Shown: one piece after another, positions 1 to 12,944 of the stretch
Numbering within the stretch: position 1 is the stretch's first letter
How the letters are laid out: each line of letters starts with the position of its first letter
Assembly (NCBI GenBank): GCA_016748015.1
Contig: JAAOMT010000703.1
Coordinates: forward strand, 1,176,255 to 1,240,254
Direction of reading: 5' to 3'
Length of the DNA stretch: 64,000 nucleotides
From: Geosiphon pyriformis uo1
Taxonomy: Eukaryota; Fungi; Glomeromycota
Translations under genes and position numbers: made by a program
Notes under the pieces: model-generated
What the model saw: the letters and a program-made list of their open reading frames with translations, nothing else
Told to the model about the DNA's origin: nothing
The model's database searches: none

Positions 1-2237
1 TCAGTATGGAGGGTAAAAAGTTAATTCAGATTAGGTTGCATAAGAATGAGTTCTGTAACCAGTTTTTCCTTCAGAATTTCAAATGCTTTTTGTTGATGAG
101 TGTCCCAGTAATAATTGATGTTTTTCTTAAGTAGCTGATTGAGAGGAGCAGTGATTTTGAAGAAATCCTTGACAAACTTGCGATAATAAGAGGCCAACCA
201 AGAAAAGAATGTAGTTCATAAACATTCATTGGTTGTCTAATGTTTTGAACTTTTTCAATTTTGGCTGGATCAGAAAAAATTCCATCTTTTGTAATAAGAT
301 GGCCAAAGAACTAGGTGGATTGATATCCAAAGAATGATTTGATTGGATTGATCTTGAGGCCAGCATTTCTAAGGAGATCAAAAACCTTTTGCAAATGTTC
401 AAAGTATTCATCCCAGGTTTTTGAGTATACCATTATGTCGTCCAAGTAGACTAGAACAAAGTTTTCTTTTACTGATTCAAATACTTTGTCCATTAAGTGT
501 TGAAAGGTGGGAGAAGTATTTGTGAGACCAAAAGGCATGACTGTGAATTTGTAGGTGTCATACTTGGTGATAAAGACAGTTTTCTTTCTGCTTTCTGGAT
601 CCATCTCTACTTGCCAGAATTCAGCAGTTAAGTCAATGGTTGAGAAGAAAACAGCACCATGGAATTGGTCTAGCATTGCATCAATCTTGGAAAATGGGTA
701 CATGTCTCTTTTAGTAATGACATTTAATTGGTGATAGTCAACACAAAAGCGTAGGGTTCCTCCTTTCTTGGATACCACTACAACTGGGAATGCCCATTCA
801 CTCTTGGTTTCCTGTATGAATTCAAGGTTTTTCATTCAGGTTATTTCCTTTTTGATAAACTTATTATTGTGCCAGTTGGATTGATAGGGCTTCAAATGAA
901 TGGGGCAAGTTTCTCTGGTGATAATGGTGTGTTGTATCACATGTGTACGTCCAGGAGATTTACCTTCTTTTAAGATAACTGGGCTGTTTCTAGCCAGCAG
1001 GTTTTCAATGTTTATCTTTCTTTCTTCTGGAGAGAGTTCTTTTTGTTCTACAACCAGTGATTGGATTTCAGGTGGTTTGTTTTCAAAGGACTTTTGGACT
1101 TCTTTTATTTCCTCACAGAGTATCAAGCTGATTGGTTTCCAATCTTTGTAATAGATTAGGCAGGACATGCATTCATTGCTAGAAAAATACAATGGTTTGT
1201 CGCACCAGCACCAGGCACAAGGACCATGCCACCAATAACTGTATTTGGCTTTCTTGCCTGGCTTTCTGTTAAAGGTTTTTCTGAGCATGTCATAATAAGG
1301 CCAGCAGATCAGCTTGTCATTGACAATGATTCCTTCTTTATCTGCCTTGACATTATCTAGTGGTTTGTTATTGCTGGTGAAGATGGTATAGGTGAGTTCA
1401 GCAGTTTTTTCTTGTTTTTTTTTGTTTTTCTTCTTCCTCACTTTTTTCATCATCTGATTTGTCTGATTTATTTTCTTCTGGGCTCTGCTTGGGTACTGGG
1501 GAAGTTGTCCAATGGCGACATTTAACCACAATGGGTTTCTCACCACATCTGATGGTTAGTTCACAGAGTTCATAATCAAGCAAAGCTTTTGCTTTCTTGA
1601 GCCATTCATTGCCAACAATGATGGTGTATTCTTTCACTTCAGATATTTCCATATCAGTTTTAATGCTGATGCCATTGATGCGAACAGGAATAGCTTTGGC
1701 TATGCCAAGCCCTTTCTTCTTATCACCATACACATTGGTCATTGGTCATGTGGATGGTTCATCAATTTTTCTGCCAATTGCTTCAAAAAAGTGTTTAGCA
1801 ATAACACTAACAGATGATCCACTGTCTAGGATCAAATTGATGAAGTAGCCAACCACTTGGACTTTGCAAATTAAAGGAATGACATTGCTATTGTCAACAA
1901 GTCCAGCTTGGCGAGGGCGTTTGTTGGTTTTGGGTGTCTTTTTCTTTGGAATCAGAGATTTGTGAAGATCTTTTCTGAATTGTGGATGGATCATCAATTG
2001 GCCAAAAGTTATATGTGCTGGGGTTTTTATGAGGTCTTTGACAACAGAATAGGGGCCGGATTTTTGTACTATTTCTGGGGGTTTCAACTTTGGAGGGTTC
2101 TTGAAAACTTTGGCTTTTGGGGGCTCATTGTTGTTAGCAGTTGATGTAGAAGCTTTATTGGGGTCCAGAACGAAATCAACTTTGGCTTTCTTCTTCTTTC
2201 TTGTGGATTCAGAGGGATTGATTGCTAATTCATCCAT
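1..2237 (-). pseudogene. gypsy pol (aspartic protease, linker, reverse transcriptase), interrupted by stops and frameshifts
   Basis: ORFs 1746-2237, 1398-1742, 836-1546 and 311-835 are pieces of one polyprotein; DSG protease and YLDD RT motifs. Confidence 0.92.
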
Positions 2238-2239
2238 GT

Positions 2240-3877
2240 CATGGTCATCATTAGTTAAGTTAAAAGCGTAAAAGGGGTTTTCTTCTAGTTGGCTTGTACT
2301 CTCACCCTTTGGAGGTGCACCTACCAGTTTAAAGGCTGATAAACAGTGGCTTCAACTAGGGGATCTTCTCCAAAGAAATTGATGTTAGCATGATTGGGTC
2401 TTTGATTGGGGACATTGTTGTTGTTGTTGGGTCTGTTGTTTTGGTTGTCATTGTTTCTGGGAGCTAGAGAAGACAGTGGAGGATTGTTACAATCTCTTGA
2501 ATAATGTCTAGTTAATCCACAACAATAGCACATAGGTGGGCCACAATTTTGCTGTCTTTAATAGGGAGGTTGCTGAGGCTGGTTAAAACGAGGTTCATAT
2601 CTAGGTCTTGGTAGTTGCTGGTTATCTCTGACTGCTTGTGCCAAAGGTTCTAATAACTGGGCAAGATTGGCTGTGAGTCTATCAATTAATTGTTTATTTG
2701 GATTTTAAGTTTGGGCAGCAAAAGAAGCAGCAGCCATTTGAGGGGCAGGAGCCATAACAAGAGCAGAAGCAAAAACTGGAAGTGTAGATCTCAAATGTAT
2801 TCTTTGGTTGTCTTCAATTCGTTGGGCAAGTTCAATGGCCATGTCCATTGTAGGGTTGTCTTTTAGGGCCAAGAGAGGCCAAAGAGCATAAGATAAATCA
2901 GTTTTCAATCCTTTTGTGAAAGAATGAATCTTTTGTTCTTCTGTCCAGTTTTTTCCAGAGTTTACATGTTTGATTAGCTTTTTAATAGCTTTGGCATATT
3001 CAGTTACTACTTCTCCAGGGCCTTAAGTTCTTCTTTCCAATTCCATGTGTCATTTGGATATTAATATTGGGGTTCTGAACTTGGCCTCAAATCGGATAGT
3101 GAAAGAGGTATTTTCTTCTCCAGCATTAATTGGTGTCTATCTGATTATTCTGTATTGAGCATTGGCATCTGTTTCTTGTGAGAACCAGGTAGCAGGAGAG
3201 TCTTGGAGGTAACCACCAACAATTTGGAACTTGTATTCTTCATCATACTGGTTGGCTGTGGCAGCTCTCTCAAAATCATCCAACCATTCAATTGGATCTT
3301 GTGCATTACCTCTAAATAGTGGTAGTAGGGTATTGTTTTTTCTTTCTAGAGCAGTTTGTATACCTTGAAGGGCGGCCAGAATGTTTGCTTGCATGGGGTC
3401 ATTAGCCATTGGTTCAGGGGTAACTGTTTGTGTAGACAAGTCTGATTTGCTTGATAAAAGGTCAAAAACAGAGGCAGTTTGGTAGCTTTCTTCTTCTGTT
3501 TCAAAAGGAGTTTTAGTTGTTTGATGGACAGCAATCCAAATGTGGATTTGATGATTCAGATATTCGAAATCAGGGGGCTGTTGTTCAAAGGTTGCAGAAT
3601 ATAAGAGCTGATTGATACTGTTGTTTCTTTCTTCAAAGTTGTTTTCAAAATAAGCTTGGTCAAAGTAATAGGTTGTATAAGCTGTGTAGGTTTCAGCTGA
3701 ATGCTTGTTCAGGAACCAGTTCTAAAAGTTTTGGAATTGTCTACTGGATTGTTTTTCAAGAGGGAAGCAAATCAAACAGGAGGGCAGAGGATTAAGTTCA
3801 ATGAAATCTAGATTGTTTCTGTTGTGTGCTGCAAAGTGTTCTTCTGATTGCTGTGGCAGATATAAGTAATCACCCAT
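2240..3877 (-). pseudogene. gypsy gag (N-terminal extension, capsid, zinc knuckle)
   Basis: ATG at 3877 is in frame with ORF 3137-3439 (FRGNAQDPIEWLDDFERAATANQY, retrotransposon capsid); CCHC knuckle at about 2490-2533; in-frame stops. Confidence 0.85.
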
Positions 3878-3910
3878 ACAATGAGGAAATAAGTGAATTT
3901 TGACAACCTT

Positions 3911-3923
3911 ACAGGGAGCACCA
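3911..3923 (-). promoter_or_regulatory. primer binding site (TGGTGCTCCCTGT)
   Basis: Starts with TGG, complementary to tRNA CCA, 6 nt inside the LTR end; tRNA identity not determined. Confidence 0.65.
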
Positions 3924-3929
3924 CTTTTA

Positions 3930-4607
3930 TGTTATGGGTTGGAATAACAAGCTAATGGATAGCAAGAGAGAACAGGATTGTAGGGTGATGGAAATAATCA
4001 AAGGGGATTCAACTTTAATGAGTGAATTGAATGAGTATGGATTCAATGTACAAGATCAGTCTCATAAAATATCTCAGTCGCTATTTTTTTTAAAAGGTAA
4101 TAAGAAAATCTGAAGGTAAAGGGATAGTCCATACTGTCAACAATTGATCACCACTGGTATAATTCTATGCCTCACATTGGCACTCTTAGAATTCAATATC
4201 AGGTATCAACTTGTGCTCTTCAGTCACGTTTATACAAATAGTCTTCAAATACTACAATTATTCAAACAGGAAAAGACCAACAAGTAATCTTTTATCCTAA
4301 AATGTTCAGATACTTGAAGGTAGGGAAAGAGAAATTAGCGATAAGAGAGTGATTGAGATAAAAGTTGTTATTTTTATTTATTTGATTCTTGTCTGAGAGA
4401 TGATTTTCTACAGCTAAGAGACTCATTGCTTATATAGCTATTGAAAGTGGTCAATGATCAGGTCAACGACTAGGTCAATGATCAGGTCAATGATCAGGTT
4501 ATTGATCAGATCAATGATCACTATCTAAAAATAGAGTGGCTAATTATATGACATCAGTAACTAATACATGTGATAACTAATAAAAATCATGGGTTTCAAC
4601 CATAACA
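3930..4607 (-). repeat. 5' LTR of the gypsy element (678 bp)
   Basis: TGTTATGG at 3930 and CCATAACA ending at 4607 form an 8-bp terminal inverted repeat; TATATAAG on the minus strand near 4429-4436; tandem repeats upstream of it; PBS immediately internal. Confidence 0.85.
4451..4520. repeat. about 6 copies of 12-bp TCAATGATCAGG in the LTR U3 region
   Basis: Directly visible tandem array, each unit containing a TGATCA palindrome. Confidence 0.9.
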
Positions 4608-4869
4608 ATATGTCTGAAAAAATAGTTGAAAATATAAAGGAAAAAGGGAGTAGGAAAAAAACTTTTTCTTTAGCAATATCTTGCTTTTATTGTGACTGGA
4701 GGATCAACAAGAGAAAGATTTTTTTTCTTTTATATTGTTAAGAATACTAAAACTATATTTTATTATAATAAGTTATAAAAAATAATAAAAGAAAAATTGT
4801 TTTGTTTAAAATGTATTTTGATTTGATAATAAAATACTTTAACAAAAATTTTATCTTAAAAAAACAATT

Positions 4870-5800
4870 AATTTATATTATTGGCCAATAATATATAAAA
4901 ATATTTTCAAATATGTTTTCAATAGTAATTTTTGTCAAAAAAGAGAAAAAACCAGAATAAAAAAACCACTTTAACTTATTCTAATTAAAAATCTATTTAA
5001 TAAAATTAGGATTAATTTGGTTGAATCTTTCTTAATTATTTTCAAAAAAAATTGTTATATTGTTGTAGCTATAGACTATTTTATTAAATGACTTAAAGTT
5101 AAAGCTATTTAAGTAGTAAACACCAAAACATTAGCCAAATTTGTACATTAAAATCTGATTTGTCAATATAAATGCCCAAATAAACTATTATTTAATCAAA
5201 AAACTTATTTTGTTAATAGCATATTTGCTAAATTAAGCCAATAATTTGAAATAAAATAATTATTATTATTACTATATTACTCTTAAACAAACAAACTGAT
5301 AAAACAATTTAATCAAACATTGTATAAAGCATTAGCAAAAATAAGTTATAAAAATATGCAAAAATAAAATTTATTTATACTTTTAGTATTATTTACATAT
5401 TAAATATTAAAGCAAAATACTATTCAGTTTATATTATTTAAATTAATCTATAAAAAAAAAGTCATACTACTTATTAAACAAAAAATAACTTTTTTTCAAC
5501 AAAACCAATTACTAAAGAAAACTTTAAAGTTACTCTATATCAAAAAACATATTAGTTTATAAAAATATTAAAAAATAATTATAAAAAAATAGCTAACAAT
5601 ATTAGTAACTCTCAAAAACAATAAAAAAAAACATAATAATTAACTATTAAATTAACTAGTTAAATTCAAAATTAGAAACCAATATTATTATATTATACTA
5701 AAATTAAAAAACAATAAAATAAAAAGTTTGATCTAAAGTAGGATGAATATTTTACATATATGAAATTTTAAACAACAAAACTTACAAATTATAATTAAAA
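4870..5800 (+). pseudogene. hypermutated Ty3/gypsy integrase relic
   Basis: Reads LYYWPIIYKNI..CQKREKTRIKKPL*LILIKNLFNKIRINLVES..CYIVVAIDYFIK*LKVKAI..LLFNQKTYFVN..S*TNKLIKQFNQTLYKALAK. Reverting A->G and T->C restores YYWP..CQ..PFDRIGIDLVGP..YIVVAIDYFTKWPEA..SDQGTHF..HPQTNGLVERFN. Confidence 0.85.
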
Positions 5801-6490
5801 ACAAGATTTTAAAAAAAGCCATACATAAAAATCATCTAAAAATTTATTATACAATACAAAAATTGTTATTATTTATATCTTAACTAAAAACACAAATTTT
5901 ATTAATTAGACCAAAAAATATATCATAAGATTTAGAACCAATTATTGTTATTAAACACAATATATGTATAATAATTTAAATTACATAAAATGAATATATA
6001 AATACCAAAAAATAAAAAAAATTAATAATACTTTTAATATAGACTTTTTAGACAAAATTTTGAAACTTTTACAACAACTATTTAAAATAATTCAATAATT
6101 TACAATATTAATAGAAATTACAATTGATAAAAAAAAATATAATACAAAAATATGAATAAAAAAAAATGAGTAAAAATTTAACTAGAATTAAACATTTTTA
6201 TTTTTACAAATAATCAAAAAATATATATATAGTTTTGCATACTTGAGAAAATTAAAAAAATTTTAAACAAGTTAGCTATAAAACCAAACATAAAAAAATA
6301 AATACCAAAAATCTCCAAAGTTTGAAAAAAAAGATTTTTATTAGTTTATTGGCTCTTTAAAATTGGCAAAAAACTAAATTTATAGACACTATATCTAAAT
6401 ATTAATAAACAAATATTCAACAGAAAAACTTTTAAACAACTAGAAAAATTTATTAAAAAATACTATATTATGAGACAATATACTAACTGT

Positions 6491-7367
6491 TGTTACTCAT
6501 AAAAAAGAAAACAGATATAGAAAATAGCAAACCAATAAGAAAATAGTAGTTAGCACGTGAACACATTGCTTAGCAATGTGGAGCAATATCAGAAATCATG
6601 GCACATTGCTCAACAATGTAAAGCAATATCAGAAAACACGGCATATTGCTCAGCAATGTGAAGCAATGTTAGAAAATTAGGGCATATTGTTTAACAATGT
6701 AAGCATTGCTCAAGAAATTATAGCACATTACTCGGAAATGTGAGTGATCTCATAGAATATTAATTATGTATATATAGTGGTAGCATTAGAAGTAGAAAGA
6801 GAAAGAATCTTTTAGTTAGAAATCTTCCATTCAAAAATATTAAATAAATAAATCATTTACTATCCAAATTCACTCTCCACTATCAATACTTTATGTTGAT
6901 AGTAATTGATATTTAACCATACTGGAACAATAGCTCTTGATTATGGCTATTAATGAGATACTAATATGCATATTACCTTGGCTTATTTTTTATTTTTTTT
7001 TATTTTATTTTCTTGATTTTATTGTTGTATACTAACTGATTAAGAAGTAAAGTACTAAGTAATTGACATCACAGATAGCCTGGTAAAAGACTCAGAAATA
7101 AGGGTAAAATTATATATATTAACAGATAGCTTACCAGAAGGACGCAAATGCCAGAATAAACTGGCCACTAAGCTGAAGACAGAAATTGGGAACACAACTT
7201 ACCAACCAACTACATCATCACTAAATCTCTGTTCATTATACAAAGAACTCAACTCTAAAATCTTCAGATACAACCAATATACCAGTAATACTAGCATTGT
7301 CAAGATATTAAGCACCAAGTTATGGATTTGTTATTTGATTTAAGATCTCAAATAATCATCTGTAACA
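6491..7367 (+). mobile_element. probable solo LTR (877 bp)
   Basis: TGTTAC..GTAACA inverted termini; flanks CTGT/TTGT (4-bp TSD with one C>T); tandem repeats followed by TATATATAG near 6769; higher GC than its surroundings. Confidence 0.6.
6561..6742. repeat. about 4.5 copies of a 40-bp tandem repeat with internal palindrome ACATTGCTnAGCAATGT
   Basis: Units start at 6561, 6601, 6641 and 6682, with a degenerate unit near 6723. Confidence 0.9.
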
Positions 7368-9403
7368 TTGTATTTAATATTTAAATATTGTTTAACCATA
7401 TTATTAAACAATTTACTAAAAGCTATTATAGTTAACAACATAATATAAATAACAAATTTATTTAAAAATTTACAAAAGCAATACTTAATATAATAATTAA
7501 ACATTATATTAAAAAAACAATTTTTATAAATACATATAATTTTATAGAAACTTAATTCTAAAAGAGAGAAATAATATTACTTAAGTAGAAAAACCAATAT
7601 AAAACTATAAAAAAAACATAATTAATATATAATAACATAAAAAAACATAGTAATATAAAATAATACAAAATAATACAAAATAATTTAGAATAATACAAGA
7701 TAATACACATTAATATAAAATAATTAGTTATAACATAAAAAAATGAAACAATAATAAAAATAGTGAATAATAACTAATAATAACAAATAATTAAAAACAA
7801 TCTTATAAAATTAAAAAATATGTATAAAAACAAGTAGTTTTAGCAAATAAAAAAAGACAAACAAAAAATAAGAACTAATTCTTTTCTAATACTTTATCTT
7901 TAAACTTGATAAAACTTTTTTATTTTATTTTTTCTATATTTTTGTATTAATTATTTAAATAAAAAAATTGTTATTCAATCACTTATATATTATTTTAAAT
8001 TTGTGTTGTTAAAATCAAATTAATTCTTTTTTTATCTTTGTTTTAAGCCAAATATTATTAGCATAAACAGTTTTAAAATCTTAACAACTTAGATCAATTG
8101 CTCTTAATTATAGCAATTGATAATATTAATTTTTTATTTTTTTTTATTTTTTTTTTATTTTTTTTTATTTTATTTTTATTTTTTTATTGATTCTTTTTTA
8201 TTTTTTGTAAAGTGGCAATATTAGAAATTAACTGTTTAAGAATAAACTTTGTAATAGCCTAGTAAAAAAGAAAAGTTCTTCTTAAATTTAGATATTAATT
8301 TTATTTTATTAGTACCAGTAAGATGCAAAAACAATACCAGATTTTAATAATTTTTATTTAATTAACTTAGAAAAAATAACTTATATCCACAACTATAAAC
8401 CACTTAAAAATACATCTCTGTATCTTATAGCCAAAAAATTTTATGAGTAAATTTACATATGAAAAAATTTTTAAAGACTAATACACTTTAACATGTTTTT
8501 TGTACATTTAAAGCAGAAATTAATACATTTTAGCATGTTTTTTTTGCATTCAAAGAAAACTTTACAGCTTTTTTACTCAAATTCAGAGCACTAAATATTA
8601 TTACAATACTTTACTAAGTTTATTTATAACATTATTAAATTAAAAACAACAACAGTATTCTGAACTTTTAAATACTTTAATCTATATTTTAAATTTAAAC
8701 TATTTGATATTATTATTAATAATATTGAACTTAAATAACTTTATAACAAAAATACATAATTTAATATTAAACAATATTATTAAACAAAATTTTTAGCTAA
8801 TTATAGATATACTGTATATTATAAATCAAAAAAATTTTATATTAATATTAATAACTTTTTAAAAATAAGACAAAATTAATATTAATTTAATAATCTAACA
8901 ATAAACAATAATTCCAAAAATTACAACAATATTAAAAAACTAATTTTCAAATAAAAAAAATTATTTACAATATTAATTAAAATAATATTTTATATATAAT
9001 ATTATTATTTATTATTAAAATTACAAAAATTTAAATAACTTACTTAGATTAATTCAAAAATTTAAAAAAAAAACAATTTATACAACATAAATTTTATTTT
9101 TAATATATTCTAAAAGAAACAGCACAATTTAAAAAACATTAAAACATTATTTTTAATCTTATATACAAAAAATATTTAATAATATATTAAATTTTATGAT
9201 AATTATTAAAAAAAAAACTTATTTTATAGAATTCTTAAATTCCATTAAAATTAAACAATTTTTTAACAGAATTAGTATTAATTTAGTTAAATTATTACTT
9301 ATTACAATTTAAAAAAACCAATATATTGTAATTATAGTAAATTATTTTATAAAATAACTTAAAACAAAAATTATTAAAAAACAAATATAAAATTAATAAG
9401 AAA

Positions 9404-11730
9404 TTTTTTTTTTTTATTAGAGTTTAACGAGCAAGACCCAACCACTATCTAATACATTATGACTACATAGGGTCTTAAAATTAGATGTAGTTCACGCATT
9501 TTCTACATGTAACCAGCTACTCGAGCCAGTTCAAGCTATACTATGTTGATGTACCAGAAGAAAACTTACCCAAAGATGACATCTTTTGAATAACAAAAAA
9601 CAGAGTCACATTACAAAGAACCAATCCAACCAGCCATTCAGCTGTTTTTAAGGCATCAGCTTTAACATCAATAGGCTTGTGTTCCCAAAGGGACAACAAA
9701 TTAGAAAACATCTTATCATCCAAACCAACTGGAAACTCTGAATCACCAGACATATCAATATCCTCCATGCAGCATTCTTTTTTTAAAAAAACCACTTCCC
9801 TCCCCAACTTACCAACCATCTTACTAAAAGAACCCATATGTATCATAACTTTATTGACCTTAAGGCCAAGTTTACTGCTTGAGACCAAATCCTCATTAAC
9901 AAATTGCTCAAACAATTTAACCAAGGAACCAACTGGTTTAACAATAGACTCAACCAAAGTAGAAAGCTTGTCCATATTAGATTCCAAAGAAGCCAACTGG
10001 GAAGACACTAAGAAATCACCAACAACTATAGAAGGGGAAGTAGAAGCTGCCAAGGGAGGAAACTCAGAAGAATCCAGGAAAGCAGAAGCTTTCGCATAGG
10101 AAACACCATCCACAAAACAAGACTTGAAAACCTTGGGAACCTTGGGAGTAAGAGGTGGAGAAATTTTGCAATCCACAGCCAGATGGCTCATCTCTTAACA
10201 CCTAAAGCAGTGCCAGCAGCCAGAAGTTTCCCACCAGATACGGTATTTCCTTAGAGTACCAGTCTTGACTACAGCAGAATCCAAATTATCTTAAGAGTCA
10301 AATATAACCAAAGCAAACCAGGAACGACAACCAGAATCAGAAGAATGAGAGATGAAACATGTTCAACCGCCAATCTGAAAAATCATATCACTGATTTTAA
10401 AGGCAGTACAGCCAGGGGGAAGGTTGACCAATTTGGCCTTAAACTTATCACGAGACAAAATAGTCTCATTTTGATTCACCAGAGGAAGGATTCTAACACT
10501 ATCCTTGCCCATCAAGACTGACCAATGCTTTAAGGCAGACACAGCAGAGTTCAATTTTTCAAAATAAACCACCACATACTGCCAAATGCCAGCAGGCTTT
10601 AACACAACATGAGTGACACTACTAAACACACTAAGAGCCAACTTAACATCAGCAGCAAACACACCCAAAGATACATCACACAGCACAACAGCAGCAAGAG
10701 AGAAACCAGATTCAGAAACTACCAAAGACTTGGCAATTTTGAAAGTGGCCAAATGAACAGAGCTTGTAAGCTCAACCAGAAATGCAGCTTCCAAAGACTG
10801 TTGAGAAGCAAACTTCATATAGAAAAGCTTCACATTGTCTCTTGAAACAGATTTAGCACCCAAAAGACCATGCACAGACTGAAAAACAGTCTTAACATAA
10901 GCCAATTTGATCTTAAAAGTAGCACCAGGCACCAGAGTGGAGGCCACCCACCCAGCAAATCTTTGACAACTAGTAATAGTTTTCCAAGCATCACCAGAAG
11001 TAGTACCAGAAACTAGAGGAGGAGATGATTCAGTTTCCATTTGATCAGCCCAGTTCTCAAGAACAGGTGACCCAACAGAAGAAGATTGCTTTGCTTCTAA
11101 AACCAGCAAAGATCTACCGGAAGACACCACATTTGGCAACACAGCCAGTGGTTGATCTTGGCCCATCTTAAATGACGTGCTGAATGATGCTACAGAGATC
11201 TCATCTAAGATCTCATTGGAAACCACAAAGGAGTTTGGTGTAACAATAGCAGAGACAAGTGACTGCCCCCACTTTTCTGAACTTTTGGTCTTTTTGACCA
11301 TTTTTTTTGAGGAGGTGGTGCTAAAAGCACCAGGTGTTGAATCTATAAAGGGGAAGACCAGCTTATTTACTGGTCTATTATTAAAAACTTTTGGGCTCTT
11401 GGTTGGGGTAGAGGCAACACTGGGACTAACCCAGGTGTGTCTCTTTGAAGGGACTTTGACTGGTGAGAAACTAGCCAAAGATGAGGAAATTGCTTTAGTG
11501 GCTACTAAAGACAGCTTATCACGATTACTGGATAAAAAAAAGGCTTCTAAAATGTTTTGCCTAGTTGCTTCTACAACAGAGAGAGCTCCTCTGGTTGAAA
11601 TTTTATTAGATATCTCAGGACAGATATCAGGTGCAGCTTTTTTACTCTTTGCTCTGGTCGTGGTCATAAAATTAAGAAAACAAAGAGTTTTTGGCTTTTT
11701 TATTGGTTTTATGGAAATTTTATTTATAAA
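9404..11730 (-). mobile_element. ORF1-only non-LTR retroelement (HAL1-like or LINE deletion derivative) with poly(A) tail
   Basis: A single gag-like ORF is followed by a ~125-nt 3' UTR homologous to that of the LINE at 12945-15058, then a poly(A) run at 9404-9415. The 5' boundary is approximate. Confidence 0.75.
9541..11667 (-). pseudogene. LINE ORF1/gag-like nucleic-acid-binding protein (~708 aa, RRM-like region, CCHC knuckle, coiled coil)
   Basis: ORFs 10363-11748 and 9541-10191 are in the same frame and are joined across three transition-type stops; knuckle CFRC*EMSHLAVDC at about 10168-10210. Confidence 0.8.
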
Positions 11731-12944
11731 AATATTATTTCTAAACATAAATGTTTAATTGAATTTTTATTTAATTAAAAAACATATTTTATAAACAAAC
11801 TAATACAAAAAATTTGTAAATAATTTAATATTAAAAGACTATTCATTTTTATAGTAATTTTTTACTTAAATTTATATAATTAAATTTTATTTTATAAATT
11901 AATACATAAAATTACTAACTTAAAAACAATAATCTTAATATTACCAAAAATAAAAATGTTTTATCATAAAATTTTTTAAAAACAAATTTTTTATATAAAA
12001 TCTAAATTATTATTAATTATTTTAAAAAATAACAAAAAATACATATTAGTTAATAATTTTTGTTTAAAATTAATTGAAACTTTTGTTAATAATTTATAAG
12101 TTTATTTGTTTAAAAATAATAAAATAAAGATTAATTTAATTAATAATAAAAGTTTTTTATCTTATATAATACATAATTTGTTAAGCAAATTATTAGTATA
12201 ATTTATATACTTAAAATTATTAAAATATTTAATATAAATTTTAATTTATATAATAATATAATAGTTATATAAACATATAATATAGTTTTAATTAATCTAA
12301 GTAGCTAATTATATATAACAAAAACATAATTTGTATTTAATTTAAAATATTTAATTTGTTGTATTATATTAAATAATAATTGAATTTTATTTATTAAAAA
12401 TTATTTTTATATAAAATATAATTAAATTATACATGTTATATATAATAAAAAAAATTAAAAAACAAAAACAAATTTTTTATTTCTTATATTTTTATAATAA
12501 CAATTAAAGTAAAAAGTAAAAAAGTTATGATTTTTTTATTTTCTAAAACAATTAAGTATATTTTTATTAATAATATACATTATTTATAACTGTAAAAATT
12601 GTCTAATAAAATTTTGTAAAAGTGTTTTTCTTAAATAAAATAATAATTAATAAATTTTTTACTGATTAAAGAAAATTTTTTATTTAAAAATTTTTTTATT
12701 TAAAATAGTTGTAATATAATTTTTGTTTTTTTTTAAATTTTTAAAGTATTTAATAAAAAATTAATAATTAAATTGTTTTTTTTCCTGTTGTTCAAATAAT
12801 TAAAAAAGTCAAAATAACTAAAAAACAATCATATAATTTTTTGTTATAATAAATAATAATCTTTTTAAAATATTAAAAAACTTTTTTGGTGTTAACTTTT
12901 GTTGTTTTAAAGCTAAATTTTTTTTATAAAAAATAAAGCTATAA

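Larger units (their letters stand above)
1..4607 (-). mobile_element. Ty3/gypsy LTR retrotransposon, 5' portion (LTR-PBS-gag-PR-RT); continues beyond the window start; degenerate
   Basis: Domain order gag (CCHC knuckle CYCCGLTRHYSRDC), protease (LILDSGSSVSV), RT (LRFCVDYHQLN, MPFGLTN, YLDD). LTR with TG..CA ends and an adjacent PBS. Many transition-type stop codons. Confidence 0.95.

Noticed and set aside
6561-6742. CRISPR-like array
   Set aside because: Head-to-tail repeats without unique spacers, no cas genes, eukaryotic context
8131-9400. Third poly(A)-tailed retroelement starting at the T-rich tract near 8131-8205
   Set aside because: Tail does not match the other two, and no protein motif could be recovered from the saturated sequence
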